A stretch of DNA of 64,000 nt, from NCBI RefSeq assembly GCF_009914755.1, contig NC_060935.1. One strand, given 5' to 3'. Below the pieces are notes generated by a model. That model did not search any database. It was given only the letters and a program-made list of their open reading frames with translations, and was not told the DNA's origin. This stretch comes from the human T2T-CHM13v2.0 reference genome, Homo sapiens. The position numbers and the translations under genes are program-made. Of this stretch, positions 17,176 to 34,745 are shown in pieces; position 1 is the stretch's first letter; every line of letters begins with the position of its first letter.

Positions 17176-18624
17176 GTGTTGGAGGGAATAAGAAGGGCCT
17201 TGTACCCAGGGGGCTGGGGGATTATCAGGAAATGGGCCTGGATGGTGAGTGACTAACAGTGACCCAGCAGCAGGAAAGCTGGAGGAAAAGAGGGTGGGTA
17301 AGTCTTAGGTATTCAAAAGGAGCGTTCTGTCTCCTTCCCCCAGCTAAAGAGAGGCCCTGTGAGGCTCTGTCCCTGGGGGAGTGCAGGGGTGAAGCAGATT
17401 AGATAGCTGGGGGAGCCCGGGGCCCCGGGGACCCTTACTGAAGCTGCCTGTCTTTCCTCCCTCGTAGAGACAGGGCGCTTTAGAGGAGAGGTGGCGGAGT
17501 TTGGGAAGTCAGTTAGGGACCCAGCCAGATTGCCATAGTTAGCAGGGGTGAGGGGTTAGGCTTGACCGCTAGAGGTGGGTGGGGTTGGGGGGTGAGGCTT
17601 GACCGCTGATTGCCCCAGGGCCACGGAGTTGGCACTGACATTGGACATAAGCAGGCAGATGGGGGGTGGGGTAGTGAGCGTTCACAAATGGGAAGACTTT
17701 GTAGCCCATCCTTACTCCGCAGGCCTAAGCTAGGCACCCTGCCTCCCCACCTAAACCCTAGGAGAATTTTATCAAGTGTGTTCTGTTCCTGAAAAATCTA
17801 TGTTAGTGGCTGGATCCATCAGGAATCGGGGATCTAATCTTCTGTCCAAGCCCTTTGTCCTTGAAAGTTAGCCTTAGGCCAGGCTGTGAGGCTCCCAACC
17901 CCCTGCCCACTGGATGTCATCTTGTGGCTGCACTAGAATCCTGCAGAGAGACTTCCCTGGCTGTGGCCAGGACAGTGAAAGGCAATGGGTAGGGCTGAGC
18001 TTTTATAGCCTTTAGCTACATCTGGAAGGTTTTTATTGCTGTGATCTGAAGGGAGAGGCTAAGAAGTACCCAGGTAGCTGTGATGTGCTGGCAGTAGTGG
18101 CTGATGGCGGGGGTGGGGTGCTGGGGATTGGAGTGAGGGTATGCTGGTCATCTGACTGCCCAGTTAGAAAATGCATCTGGCGATTGTGAGCACCTCATTT
18201 GAATCTCTACAGTGGTTCAGACCTCCACCCAGGTTTCTAAAGTCTGATTTTCAGGTTAGCCTCTGACCCAGAAGCTACCATTTCATACCCACCTCTGGCA
18301 TCTCCAATTTCATCAGCAAGGGAGGGAATTGGGAGTGGAAGACACCGAAAGGAAACCAGCTTTCCCAAGTCCCTTTAACTCCAGGTTTCTCCATTGGCCT
18401 AGGACGGGGTGGAGTTGGAGAGTGCAGTGTGGGGGAGAATAGCCTTACCCTCACCCAGGCCACTCACTCACTGCCTGCACTGGCCACAGCAGCTTCTATG
18501 TCCAGATCCTTCTAGGGTGGGTCACCTCTCAGTTCTCAAGGCCCCATGCCTCATAGTGTTTGTCAGATTTCCATAAGAAAGTTTGGTCTAGAAGGAATGA
18601 TTTTTCCTATAAGAAAAAGACTTC

Positions 18625-18881
18625 GGCTCGGTGTGGTGGCTCACATCTGTAATCCCAGGATTTGGGGAGGCTGAGGCAGGCTTATCGCTTGAAACCAGGA
18701 ATATGAAATCTTCAGGCCAAACGAGACCCCTGTCTCTACAAAAAATTTAAAAATTAGCGGAGCACGCTGGTGTGTGCCTTGTAGTCCCAGCTATTCAAGG
18801 AGGCTGAGGCAGGAAAACCACTTGAGCCCAGGAGCTGAGGCTGCACTGAGCTGCAATTGTACTACTGCACTCCAGCCTGGG
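18625..18881 (+). mobile_element. AluJ, 3'-truncated
   Basis: Diverged Alu with ctctacaaaaaatttaaaaattagc and cacttgagcccaggag (J-type). Confidence 0.85.
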
Positions 18882-19758
18882 AAGTCACGCTTTTTGTGTT
18901 TCTTGTACCAAACTCATTTGCAGTGATTTGGGAAAAGTCCTCATCTACTTGGGAAGAGCCTTGTTTGCCATTTGATCACGTTGGGGAGAACAGTCCAGAC
19001 TGAATGAGACAGACTTGGTTTACCACTTATTAGCAGGTTCACCCTGGGCAAGCTACTTGATCTCTCCAGACCTTCATTTCTTCATCTATAAAATGGGGAT
19101 AATAATAGCACATATCCCACAGTTAGTAGTGCCTATGACATCCTTACTCTGTATTAGATACTGTGTTAAGGGCTCAAGACATAGGAGCTGTTAGCTTTGC
19201 AATTGTGGCTCACACAGCATTTCAGCAAGGATCCTCTCTGCTAAACTTGGACTCAAAGACATTGAACAACGGACCCAAGGTCATGCAGAAAAGTCAGTAC
19301 TGAGCCTGGAGGATCCTTGAGCTCTTCATCTTAACCTTCTCCTTGAAGTGCCAAAATTGCTGGCCAGCCCCTCAGAGCAGGAGCAGCCATCCTTGTCCTG
19401 ACAGTCCACCCAGGGCAGCAGTGAGCCTCCCTGTGTGGGATGGGACCAAGGCTTCTGTCTGATTCCCAACCCTATCCAGCCCCCTCTCTCCAGCCCTTCC
19501 CACCTGTTTGCCTCTACCCGCGTCAGAGTTCTGACAGTCTAACTCTCTCCCACACTACTGCTCTGGACCTTGACGCAGCAAAGCAGTCACAGTCGTCAAC
19601 CCACTGGAGGACACATAGCCTGGAGCCCAGGTGAGGCTTGCAGACTCAGTAGCTTGGAGCTATCAGATGGCCATCCTGCATTACTGCAAGCCCTGCCCAG
19701 AGGCTGAGTGAAGGCCATCAGGCTGACCGAGCCACAGCTCTGAAAGAATGCCGCAGCT

Positions 19759-20291
<533 letters not shown>

Positions 20292-22125
20292 TCAGTCACA
20301 TATTTGAAACCTGTCATCTTACCCACACTAATCCTAATGTGTTTTGAGCAGCACATATACTTCGGGCCTAATGCTGTGTGCCCTCAGTACACAAACTAAT
20401 TCACAGCGCGCCCTTGGTGGGCAACACTCTCCTTTATACTCCACATCCTATGGGTGTAATTAGCCCTGGATGTACATAATCACTGGCATATCTAATCATA
20501 GGTGTGTCACCATCCCCTCTCCCTAAACTGGCTATTTGACAGCCCTTCTGGTCTACCTCCTGGAAGCTGGTATTCTTGCCAGTTTCTCTTTCACCTCTGT
20601 CCCCTAGTCCGAGTGGCCAAAAGCTGGGAAGAGGATGAGTCACGCTCCAGGCTGCCTGCCTTGGGGCTGACCGGATGGGGAGGGTGATACTGACAGATAT
20701 GAAGAAGGTCATGTGTGATGGCATCACGGTGGTGGGCGGTGGGGGTCCCTTTCCCCTCCCAGCATCAGGGAGGATAGGGAGACACAGACTCCAAAAGTGT
20801 GGAAGGAGGGGATCCTGAAGGCCCACAGCTGGAGCCCTGGAGGGAATAAGCAAGATAAGGGGAACTGTACAGCTGTGTGGGTCAGCTCAGGGCCGCTTCG
20901 AAGGGACAAGGACCCATGGAGGATGGAAGCTTGAGCCCTGTCCTGGGCACTGATGAGTGAGTGGGAGCCAGAGGAAGGGATAGTCCAAAGAATGCTAGGG
21001 CCCCTGTGCCGGGGGGCCTGGTCTGTGGGTGGGGGAGCAACACGGGAAGCCTTGAGGTGCAGTCAGTAAAGATGTGGAATGTGCAATGTCCACGTTGCCA
21101 CCTAAGAACGTGTATCCCAAGGAGATATCACAGCACATAGATGTGGGACCGAGAAGCTTTCAGGGCCCAGTCTGCCCCTACCCTGTCTGTGTTAGCACCC
21201 TTAAGATTTGGCGTGGAAGCATCTGATGGATGGAAAGTCTCCTTGGGGAGGAAAAGGCAGTGGAGGTGCTTTCGGGAGAGGCCCAGACTTTTCTGGAGCT
21301 CAGAGCATTTCCTCACAGGTATTTACAAGAAGTCGCCAGATGGAATGACCAGGCTCACTGACATGGGGCTCCTGGGTCTAATATCTGTCCCTCCTCTGCG
21401 TGTGAGGAATTCCTCCTCAGATCAGGATGGCCAGCCCTGCCTGAGGGTTCAGACCCCCTCCCGGGAGCTTGGCCAGCATCTCCCACCCCTGAATGCTATG
21501 TCCAGGTGGAGTCCTAGCAAAAGATCCCGGTAGGCCATGAAGACTGCCACCTGGGATAATGGAGGATCCTGCTGGGAAGCTGGTGGGGAGAGTGAGTTAG
21601 TTCCCTCCCAGGCTTCCCAAGGCACAGAGAGGTGGTGGAGATAAACTTAGGACAGACTCCTGTTCCGCTGGCGGAGGGCCCAGCCTTGAAGTGAGGATTG
21701 CATAGGGTCTGGAGATCACCCATTGAGCAGTCCCTCATGTCACACATGCTCTTATCTGATCGCCTGGAGCTCTCAAGTGAGGCTGACAAGATGAAGCAGC
21801 TGATGATCCCAGATTAGGACCCAGGGTTCCTTCCAGTATATCCTGACTGCCTGTCTGCCATGGTACCATGAGTGGGCTCCTTCCAGTAGGCTAAAGAACC
21901 CTGGGGAGGGAGGTGGAGGGGAGAAGGAGGCTGGAAAAAACCTTGGTGCAGAGGAACAAATCCACAGAGACCCTCGTTTGTACAGACTTGGGCTGGACCA
22001 CTTCCCCCACGCTCTTACCTCCAGTGGATGGAGTGTTGGCTACTTGGCCATGCCTGCAACTCCTCTCTCCCCTGCATGGCCTCTTGGGGAGCTGGGTGAG
22101 GGGGATGAGTTTGGAAAATATCTCA

Positions 22126-22434
<309 letters not shown>

Positions 22435-23758
22435 TCACAGACACTAGTGAGCAATCACTATGTACGTTTTTTCCTGCCACTTACCCACTGTGTGACTTGG
22501 CAAGTCACTTAACCTCTCTGAGCCCCAGGCTCCTTGCCGGTACACCAGAGACAACAGTGTGATGCTTGGGGTTCAGTGTGCGCAGTGACTAAGAGGCCCT
22601 TCGCAGAACAGAGGCCCGCGTGGGCATGTGAGGAGTGAGGTGCCAGTGCCCGCTTGGATGTCCGTCTACCCCACCGTTAAGCATGTTGCTGCAGCTGCTG
22701 CTTTTCTGCTGTAGGGACCAAAGCATCATGAGGAGCTAACATCCTTGAAGTTGGCAAGTGTTGAAGTGGCTGCCACTAGGGATTCAGATAAAGGGCAGGG
22801 AGAGGCATCAGGGCTGGGAGTGCGGGTGAGAGGGAAGCATGGAGACCCGTCTCAGGAGCACTGAGTCAGCAGCACAGTGGGGCGCAGTTGATCCACATAA
22901 AGCCTCACATTGTTCCTGCAGCAGTCAGGACAGTGGTGACCTTTGGGATTCGGCTGACAGAGCACTGCTCTGGGGAGGGGCTGGGGGCAGGAGCACTGCT
23001 CTGGGTGAGTGGTTGTGCTAATGCCCCAAGACAAGCAGCCTCTGTCCAGGCCTAGCCCTGAGGGGATGCTGGCATCTCATCATGGGGCGGCCTAGGTCCC
23101 TGGGCACTGGCCTCGGGATGTGCGTGGCCTGGCTCTGGGTGGAATCCATCCACCCCGTTCCTGCTCGAGAAGCCTGGGCAGAGCAGCCAGGGTGCTTCCA
23201 GCTTTGCCGTGGGGCTAGGAAGGCACTGCTTCCTGGCTGGCTCTGCAGGCTAAACCCCCTCTCCCCTCCCCAGCCCAGCGAAGCCAGCCACTTCTCTAGC
23301 CATAAAGCAGCCCCAGCCAGGAGCAGAGGAATAAATATTTAGATTGGCTCAGCCTGGGCCCCAGAATCATGCTCTCTGGTGTGACAGGAAGGAGACCAAG
23401 ATGGCAGAGGACACTCCCAGGAGAGAGCGCCAGCTGTCCAGGAGCAAGAGGGTTGGAAGAATGGGAGGGGGCCAAGTGGCTTGTGTGGCCCTAGAGCGAT
23501 GACCTGCAGCCTGGGCCATGACCAGCACTGGACAGTGGTGGCTGGAAGCAGGGTGTGGAGGGAAGGGGCAGTCTGCTGCCCTGGCCCCCTTTGCTTTCCA
23601 TTCTCCTGCAGGCGGGCCTCCCCCCAAACCCCAGGGCTTTCTGGGGAGGGGCTGAGGAAGAGCGCCTGGAGAGTGGGGCCAGCTAGGGACCGTGATGGGA
23701 AGGCAGGGTGCCAGAGGAGACCGGGCAGGCTGGAGCAAGGTGATGACATGCGGTAAGA

Positions 23759-23812
23759 GTGTGTGCCTGCACATGCACGCATGTACACGTGTGTGTGTGT
23801 GTGTACACACGT
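23759..23812. repeat. (TG)n / alternating purine-pyrimidine microsatellite
   Basis: gtgtgtgcctgcacatgcacgcatgtacacgtgtgtgtgtgtgtgtacacacgt. Confidence 0.85.
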
Positions 23813-26299
23813 TATGAGAAGTGGCATCGGGAGGAGGCGTGTGAGGAGAATCGAGCAAGTGAGGAGGGTGATGCGGGGTGTGCCCTGACGCTGGGCATGA
23901 GATGGGGAATTCACAGGGGGGGTGGGCGTGGGGACTGCGGAGAGGGGTGTGATGAGACGGTGGGGAGCCGCCTCTGCCGGCAACAGGGAGACTGAGGGAG
24001 GAGACAGGCCCAGATGCACCCCTGTGGAGGGAATGGGAATGTGGAACAGGAGCCACTGGGAGACCTTGCGGGAAGGAGACTGAGACCCAGCTTGTCTGTG
24101 AAAGAGGACGGTGTGCGCGAATGGGGAAGCCGTGTGAGCCTGTGCATCAGTTGAGATTAGGCTCAGCCGTGAGCAACATAAACCCCCAGGAACAGCGGCT
24201 GAGGCCGTGGCAAAACAGCCTGTTTCATTCTTCCCAGTGTTATCTGAGTCTGGAAGCCAGTCAGGGCTGGTGTGACAGCCCCGCTATCCCCTGGGATCCA
24301 GGGGCTCCCTCCCCACCCTCAGTGCTGAGCACAGGATGTCTGCCCAGGGGTGCTCTGCCGTCTCTCAGCGCATTCCCCCAGTGCAGCTGAACCAGAGCAG
24401 CCTTCCCTCTGGAGACACAGGTGGATCCCAGTCAGACAGCATGGCTGGGATGGGCACAGGGAGGAATTGAGTATCTGGACAAGGGCTACGGAGGGGAGCC
24501 AGGACAAGCATGAAGATCACTGGACTCAGAGTCAGGAGGTCTAGGCTTCTGGCCCTGGCTCTGCCACTGTGTGACTCATGAAGGTTACTTCCCTGCTGGA
24601 ACCTCACTGGGCCATGAACTAGATGATCCCCTAAACCTTCTAGATGCCAAAATAGCAGCTGTAGCACTATCAGCCTGCAGGAGCCCAGCTGCAGGCAAGG
24701 CCGAGAAGAAAGAGTGTCTGCACATTGGAGGCCAGTGGGTTGATGGAGGCCCTAGAGCATTCATTCGTTCCTCCAGCTACTAAGCATTGAGCCCCAGCTG
24801 TGCGACAGACCCCAGGGTCACCATGTGCATAGGCTAGAGTCGCTGCTCTTGAGCCAGAGGCAGGTCACAGAGGGCTTGGATGACTAACTGCCTGGGCAGA
24901 AGGTGCTCCATGAGGACAGAGACCATCTGACTGGGGCACTGAGATCCAAGGCACTCTCACAACCTCAGGCAGAGTCTGATTCAGCTCCAAACCACAGGTC
25001 CCTCATGTCACCCCAGGCTCAAACCCACCAGTGACTTCCAGAGAGGCACAAGAGGAAGCCTCCCACTCCTCAGCCTGGTTCAGACCCTGCGTCCTGCTTG
25101 TGTCCTGACCCCTTGCCAGCCTCATCAGCACTCACGACCCTTCCCCTCCTCCCCTAGTACATTCCCACCGCTTTTCTCAGAGAACTCTTCCATGCTGTTG
25201 TTCATTCACCCTTCATGTATTCCTTATCAGATGTTTATTGAGCACCTGCTGTGTTCCAGGGGGCAGGGATGCACTTCAAGCAAGCCACTTTTCCTGGCTC
25301 AAGAAGTTGAGTCTGGAAAGAAAGACAAGTAAAGAGGTCAGCAAAAACACAGTGGGAGTAAACAATGGGATTTGTGCTCTAGAGGCAGCGACTGGGATTG
25401 GCCAACTCTGCAGAAGGGCTGGTGAGGGCAGCACTGGGAGGGCAGTCAGAGGAGGGTCGTTTGTGAGCTGTGCCCTGCACACAAGGCACAGCTGAGACAG
25501 CTGAGCACAGGGCATCCCGGCAGAAGAACCTGCTCACAGAAAGGCCTAGGGGTGACACAGCATCGCTCATTCTGGGAACTACAAGCTCTCCGGTTCAGTG
25601 CATGGGAAGTGCAACAGTTGCTGTGAGCAGGGACCTGGGATGCCAGGCTCTGGGGTTAGGCTTTCTGGTGAGGACAAAGGGAGCCCTTGAAGGGCATTCG
25701 GCCACTCGGGTGATAGTAGCATGGAGGGATGATTGGGTGGGGGCACTGGGAGACTCATGCCTGGCTGTCTTCTGTAAATGCCTCATTGCTGGAAAGCCCT
25801 CCATCCTTTAACTGTCAAGGGCCAATGAGGAGTCCCTCACTGTGCGAAGTCTTCCCTCCCTCATGCCACCCCCAGCCCCAACCTTAAGGGGACAACGAGC
25901 ACTCCCTCATCCACCCTTTACCTCCATTGCACTTGGAGTAAACCTCAATCCTAGGCCTATTGTTTGCTGACTTGAGTTGTCAGAAGTCAGCCTCCTCCAC
26001 CATCCCCTGGAAAACAGGAATCTGTGTCTTGGCCAAGGCCACTCCCCTGCCCAGGTGTTTGTGAAGGCCCTGCCCCATGTCCTGCTAATCAGTGCTCTCC
26101 CACTGATTGGCTGATTACTTGCAAGCCCCAGAGGAGTCACCTGACCTGTCTAGGCCATAGGTACATCTAGAAGAGAACAATCTCAACTCCTGGGTCTTCA
26201 GGAGTGGAGTAGATTTCAGGTGGAGCAAGGCAGACATAGAGCCAGGAATTGCAGCCACAAGAGAGAAACTGAAAGTTCAGCCCACTGTGTTCTGAAACC

Positions 26300-26490
26300 T
26301 TTCACTCATTTATTCCCTGCAACAGTCCCTTGAGGTAGATACTATCATTTTATTCAGCTTGCCAATGTGGAAACTATGGTACAGAGAGGTTAAGTAAATC
26401 CCTTCAAGGTTATGTGGCCAGCAGAGGCAAAGCCAGGATCTGAACATGGGTAACACTGGCTCCAGAGCCTTTGTTCTTAAATTCTGTGCT
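26300..26490 (-). mobile_element. MIR SINE
   Basis: gaggtagatactatcatt...ggaaactatggtacagagaggttaagtaa...ctggctccagagcc. Confidence 0.65.
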
Positions 26491-27031
26491 ATCCTAGAGC
26501 CTACCTACTCCTTACTTAAAACTACAGACGAGGACCCTAGCAAACACTATTTCCCCAGGGTACTTGCCACACCCTCTGCGTGGCCCAGATCCTGGCCCTG
26601 GATGTAGTATGCTCCAGTTCTTCCAGGTAGGCTGGAGATTCCTGGAAGCTTGTGGGAGAAGGAGCCTTATAACAACCTCCCGTCTTGGGGACCCTATCCT
26701 GGGTCCTGAGCCTCAGGAGCCTGCCTGCAGTCCCTGTTGTAGGCTCTTCCCCAGCTAAGCATCTGCTTTAGGTGTTAGGCCACATGAAGTACGTCATCCC
26801 AACAGATTCCTGGGCAAGGAGGAAGGCTGGGAGTCAGGCTTCCATCTGGCCTGGGCTTAGCATCTGAGGGGACTTTCACCCTTCCCTGTGAAGGTTGGAA
26901 GAAGAGGGGGCCCCAGAACCTTGCCAGGGAGTCTGAGGTGCAAGGAGTGGAAAGCGGGAGGGACACTGGTCAGGATGATGGAGTCCTGTTACCAAATAGA
27001 CCCAGAAAGTAGGGCTGCCCACTCCTTCTCA

Positions 27032-27916
<885 letters not shown>

Positions 27917-30328
27917 CTAATCCCACCTCTGCTGCTGGCCAGCTCAGGCATCAAGGGCAGACCGCACAACCTCTGTGTGCCCGAGTTCCAGCTTCTTTAG
28001 CTGAGCATCAAGGAGATGAGACTAGCTGATCCAGGAGGCAATTATGGATTCTGGTTAAGAGAGCTCAGGCTTTGAAGTCAGACTGTCTGGATTAAGATCC
28101 TGGCTATGTTTCCTCTTAGTCCATGACGTTGAACAGGTTACCTAATCCAAGCTCGGTAACAATCATAGCTCCTACCGCCTGTTGTAAGGATTTTAAAAAG
28201 GATCATACATCCTTTTGACCCATGGAAACAATGTTTTTTCTCTTCTAGTTACAAATTTCAGTAACTCTTTTTCCTATACAAATAGGAGATACAGAGGAAA
28301 TCCTCTCAGTGAGAAATTATCATTCCCTTCCTGCACCCCCTGTCAGTTCCCATTTTGACAGCATTTTGTTATTGTCATTGATGACATTATTAATATAGAA
28401 GCAGGAAAAAAGCTCAAATAGATTTCTTTCATCCTCTAGTCTGGTCTGAAAGTTCAAATACCTTCTTTTGCCAACGGTAGTCAGGTGATGCCACCAAGCA
28501 AAGAGACCCCTGAGCAGCCCTGAGACTTCCGGATATTTCCTGCACCTGCGGTATTGGAGAAGATGCTGTGAATATCCAGATAGGCTTCTCTCCAAAGAGT
28601 CAGAGCTGAAAATACCAGGGAAGTGGTTTTTGGATCCTTCCTGGGGGATCCTGCCAGGGACATGGCCTGGCTCAAGCTCTAGCAGGGGAAGTCTGGTATC
28701 AAGTCTCACCTGGCAGGAATTGAGCCCAGAATGGAATATGCTACAGGCAGAGCAGCCTCCCATCTCTCCTCAGCCGACCTGAGTGAGGGGAAGATCAGAT
28801 AGCCCAGGCTGGCAGGACAAGGAGATTGCAGCACCATGACCAAGAAGGGATTTCCTGTTGAGAGGAAGCAGGGGTTGGCTGAGCTCTGATCACCTTCTTC
28901 ACAAATCTCTGGGATCATAAGGAACCTAATGGAACCTTCCTCAACAGCTGAGCCTCAGTTTCCCTTTCTGGAAAACCTCCCCCTATACTTCCATACCTCA
29001 TCGTTCCAGAGATGATTTACAATAATAGCAAGTAAGAGAAACTCTGTAGAGTTAAAGGACTGCAGAAATACATGGGCATTTATGAGATGACATGCACTCG
29101 TTTGTTGCAGACCACCTACGATGCTTGCTGGTCACCTACAAGAGTAATCCCAGCTAGCGCTGACCCCATGTGAGAATCTTCAGATAACTTACTTAGTCCT
29201 CACCACAACCCTGTCACATAACTGGGATCATCCCCATTTTACACATCAGAGAAATTAGGGGAAAGCCTGGAGGACTCACTAATACATTGCAGCTTCGGGG
29301 CGGAGCTGTGAGTCCCTTGCCGCATGTATTGGACTCCAAGGGGGCCACTCAGAGCCTGTTGCTGAGACACTTCTGTTCTCGCGGGTGTACAGCAAGTACT
29401 CAGTGACTGTGTGGTGGGGGGAGCTGGGGCCCGGGCATTAATAGATGATCCACAGAGCTGTCATTCTAAGTCTCAGTGCAGAGCCATAGGGGTTCCCAGC
29501 AGAGAATGGTCACTGAGGTCAGGGTGCCTCCACCACAGGAGGGGCCTTGACAGATGTAGACCACTTCTGACTGGGACCCACTAACTTCTCACTGGGAGCA
29601 GAGTTAATCAAGTCACAGAGATGGGTAAGAAGGCAAGGGGCCACTTCTCATGTGGTGAGCGGTACAGGTGAGCAGAGCACAGGGCTCCAGCAGCCGGATA
29701 GGGAAGGGGGCCCCAGCCCACCCTACAGCTCTACTCCCTCCATCCTGCTGCAGACCCCCCATTCACACAGTGAGTCAGTAACAGGAAGGAGCCCTTGGAC
29801 TGCGGCAATGCCATTAGCGACCCCATGGGGGAAAGGGGAAGTGGGGAGGGAAAGGAAGAGGCGAGGCATCCTAGCTCCCTCAGGCCGGAAGGCTGCAACA
29901 GCTGCAGCCAGCCTCCCACTCTGCCCTCACCCCGTCCCGGCCCCACCACTCCACTCACTCAGAGGTCGGTGGCCAGGAGCCTGGCCAATCAGAAGCACCA
30001 AGGGCATCTTGAGACCTCTCCCCAGATCTACTGAATAAGAATGTCTAAGATTTCTAGCCATTACAACTACAAAGAAAAAAAAAAAAGAGGAACTCTGGAA
30101 TCGGTACTGGAAAAGTCCAGCCCTCCTCCATGATGCCCTGATCAGGTGCCTGTAGAGGCCCTGACCCACCCTGATCAGGGTGACGTTAAGGGGTTCTGCC
30201 GAGAGGAATCATCAGCTGGGAAAAACTCTAGTGGTTCACTTTGTCAGTTTTCCAGGATCTTTGGAACATCTGGGGTGTGTTCTTTCTTTCAAGTCACGGG
30301 TTTAAACGGAAAAGATAAAAATTCCTAG

Positions 30329-30727
<399 letters not shown>

Positions 30728-31597
30728 TGATTCCCCAACCTTAGCCTCCCACCCAGCTCCTCATCTTCACGCTGTTCCTGGACCCACTGCCCTTGACCTG
30801 CCCTCATCCCTGGTACCCCATTCACCCTAGAGTCCTGAGCCCCTGATTTTGCCCCAGGCCAAACCTGACCCTAGAGCTGCAGATCACTAACTGAACCCCA
30901 ACTCTCAGATTTCTCCCATCTGGTTCCAGCACCTCCCCGTGTGTGACAGGCTAGGGGCTTGGGCTCTGAGGTCAGATCAGACATCACATCTCCTCCGTCA
31001 CTCATTAGTTGGGTGACATTGGACAAGTTACCTTCAAAGCCACAATTTTCTCACTGAAACTGGGTTATGGGGGAATTCAGTGAGCAAACATATGTGAAGT
31101 GTTCAAGACCCTCAAAGCTGCCGGCCTGCTCCTGCTGTCTTCTTAGACCCAGGGCCTTGCCCCAGCCTCATCTGAGTTCCCTGGCCTGCCCAGCAGAGCC
31201 TGCCCTGGGGGCCTCCTCGCCCCTGCGCTTTGCCTGCTTTCCCAAAGGGACTTGGTTCCCTGGATGTTGGAAAGTACGTGATTCCAGAGGTCATATGCCC
31301 TGGCACAGCTTGCCTGGCCCACCCACCTCCACCTCCCATCCACACCTCAGCATTCTCCATCAAGCCCCAGAGGTCAGCCCAGTGGCCAGCACATAGTTTG
31401 GGAAGCATCCATTCTGGATAGAGGCTGAAAAGGCTCGACTGTACTCTAGGCATCAGCTTCACTGCCAGTTGGAGAGGGGTGGGGCTGCCACCCTGCAGAT
31501 GGCCCCAGCGTTCTAAAGGCAGTCAGCTTGGGCTCGCCTGACTCTGGAGGGTCAGGGGAAGATGGACAGGGAGCATTCTGAAGCCAGGCAGGAGTGA

Positions 31598-31926
<329 letters not shown>

Positions 31927-32889
31927 TTTCCTTTGTTCAGGAGACATTTACTGAACACCTACAGAGATGTACTGGCGCAGGAATCAGAGATGTAGACACT
32001 CAGTTCCTGTCCCCCAGCAGGGTAGATCTGCACAGAGTTAAGTGTGATAGAATACCATGATAGCTACAGGCGTTCAGGGAGGGACCCCCAAACCAGGCTA
32101 CAGTTGGTCTGGGAAGGCTTCCTGGAGGAAATGGCGCCTGTGTGATTATTCAGCGAGAAGATTCAGCCAGAGGAAAGGGCCCTGCTCCAGGCAGGGCACA
32201 CAGACTCTGCTAGGCCCTGTGGAGGGAGATTCCCAGGTACTTCCCCTTGTCCCTGCCCTTAGTGAGGACACAGAGATGGGGCCTTCTGTCATGGGTGTGG
32301 GGCACAAGGACACCCTGCCCCCCTCCACTGACACCTCTCAGATATCAGCTTCAGGCCCTCCCTGGTGCCAGCATCTCTGCCCCAAGATCCTTGGAAGCTC
32401 CTCTCCATACTGCATGGTCCCTGCCTTCCTGACCTCTGTGACTTCAGCGCTGACCCCTCTCTGGGTACCTTTTCCAGGACCGCCCTCAGGTCCCCTGTGT
32501 GGAGGGGAGAGGGAAATGGCGCCATTCCAACTCTGAGCCCCTGTGCCTTCTGCCAGCCAACTGAGCACTGGTGAAATGCCTGCTCCTCCCAGGGCAGGCC
32601 CAGATTTAGAAATACCCAACCAAGCTGTGGTCTTGCCCCCCACACACATACACCCTCCCCCATGGCCTGCACCCCAGACTATGCCGCAAGCTTGACATAA
32701 GTGTCCTCCAGAAGCTGGCCCCTCCCATACAGCCCCTGAGCCTAATCAGGCCGGTACCTTCCGTCTCCTCCAGCGCCCCAATATGCACACTTTCCCATTT
32801 GATCCAAGCCCTGGCCACCCTGACCTGACCTGCCCCTCTGTGGGTGTGCTTTGCTGGCCCTTCTCTGCCTAGCCCTACTCAGATGTCAC

Positions 32890-33182
<293 letters not shown>

Positions 33183-33607
33183 AGATGTCACCTTTTTTAA
33201 GAAGCCTTCCTTGACTTCCAACCTTGTCTCCCCACGCCTCTATCTCAGCACACTCCGGTATGGTGATTTTTTAAAGCATTGGGTAGCAGTGTGGTCTAGT
33301 GGAGGCCTTGAAACCTTGGCCAGATCATTAAACTCTGGGTCGATGTTCTCATCACTAAAACAGGGATGACGATACTTAGCCCATGGGGTGACTGATGGAG
33401 GTACTGTAAGTAGAGCCCGTAGCACACAGTTGATGCCATAGAGGAGGGTGATTCCTATTCAATCTGTTTCTCCCACGAGCCCAGCAAGGAGGAGCCTAGT
33501 AACCAGGTCTTACCTCTGTGTCCCATGGCAAGCTTGGAAATGGAGGTGTCTGTAAATGCCTGTGGGATGACAGAGGAGACCAAGTGGGGAATGGCAGCGG
33601 CCTCTGA

Positions 33608-33943
<336 letters not shown>

Positions 33944-34745
33944 GGTGGGAGCAACCTGGCGGGTGGCTGCTCTGGGCCCACTGCTCTTCACCAGCCACTA
34001 GAGGGGGTGGCAACCCCCACCTGAGGCCTTATTTCCCTCCCTCCCCACTCCCCTGGCCCTAGAGCCTGGGCCCCTCTGGCCCCATCTCACATGACTGTGA
34101 AGGGGGTGTGGCATGGCAGGGGGTCTCATGAAGGCACCCCCATTCCCACCCTGTGCCTTCCTTGCGGGCAGAGAGGGAGAGAAGGGCTCCCCAGATCTAC
34201 ACCCCTCCCTCCTGCATCTCCCCTGGAGTGTTCACTTGCAAGCTGCCAAAACATGATGGCCTCTGGTTGTTCTGTTGAACTCCTTGAACGTTTAGACCCT
34301 AAAAGGAGTCTATACCTGGACACCCACCTCCCCAGACACAACTCCCTTCCCCATGCACACATCTGGAAGGAGCTGGCCCCTCAGTCCCTTCCTACTCCCC
34401 AACAAGGGGCTCACTATCCCCAAAGAAGGAGCTGTTGGGGACCCACGACGCAGCCCCTGTACTGGATTACAGCATATTCTCATCTCTGGCCCCGAGGCTG
34501 CCTGTGGGGCGAGTGGAGACCTCCCATCACTGAGACAGATCACAGACCACGAGTGCCTTTCCCGGACCTGGACGTTGCCTCCAGAGCAGGCACCAGCTCT
34601 TTCCCTCTCTAGACAGAAATATTTTTGTAAGGTTCTGGGGCAGGGAGGGAGCATGAAGTACGAGGAAAACTTGAATTCCAGATTTTTAATGCAAAGTATT
34701 TATCATTTCTACCAGAAATAAACGTTTTAAGTTTTTACTTGACTA
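33944..34745 (+). other. OAF: OAF 3' UTR
   Basis: Runs from the stop codon to ~20 nt past the first AATAAA; exact cleavage site inferred. Confidence 0.8.
34717..34722 (+). terminator. OAF: OAF polyadenylation signal AATAAA
   Basis: accagaAATAAAcgttttaagtttttac in an AT/U-rich context at the end of a GC-rich UTR. Confidence 0.85.
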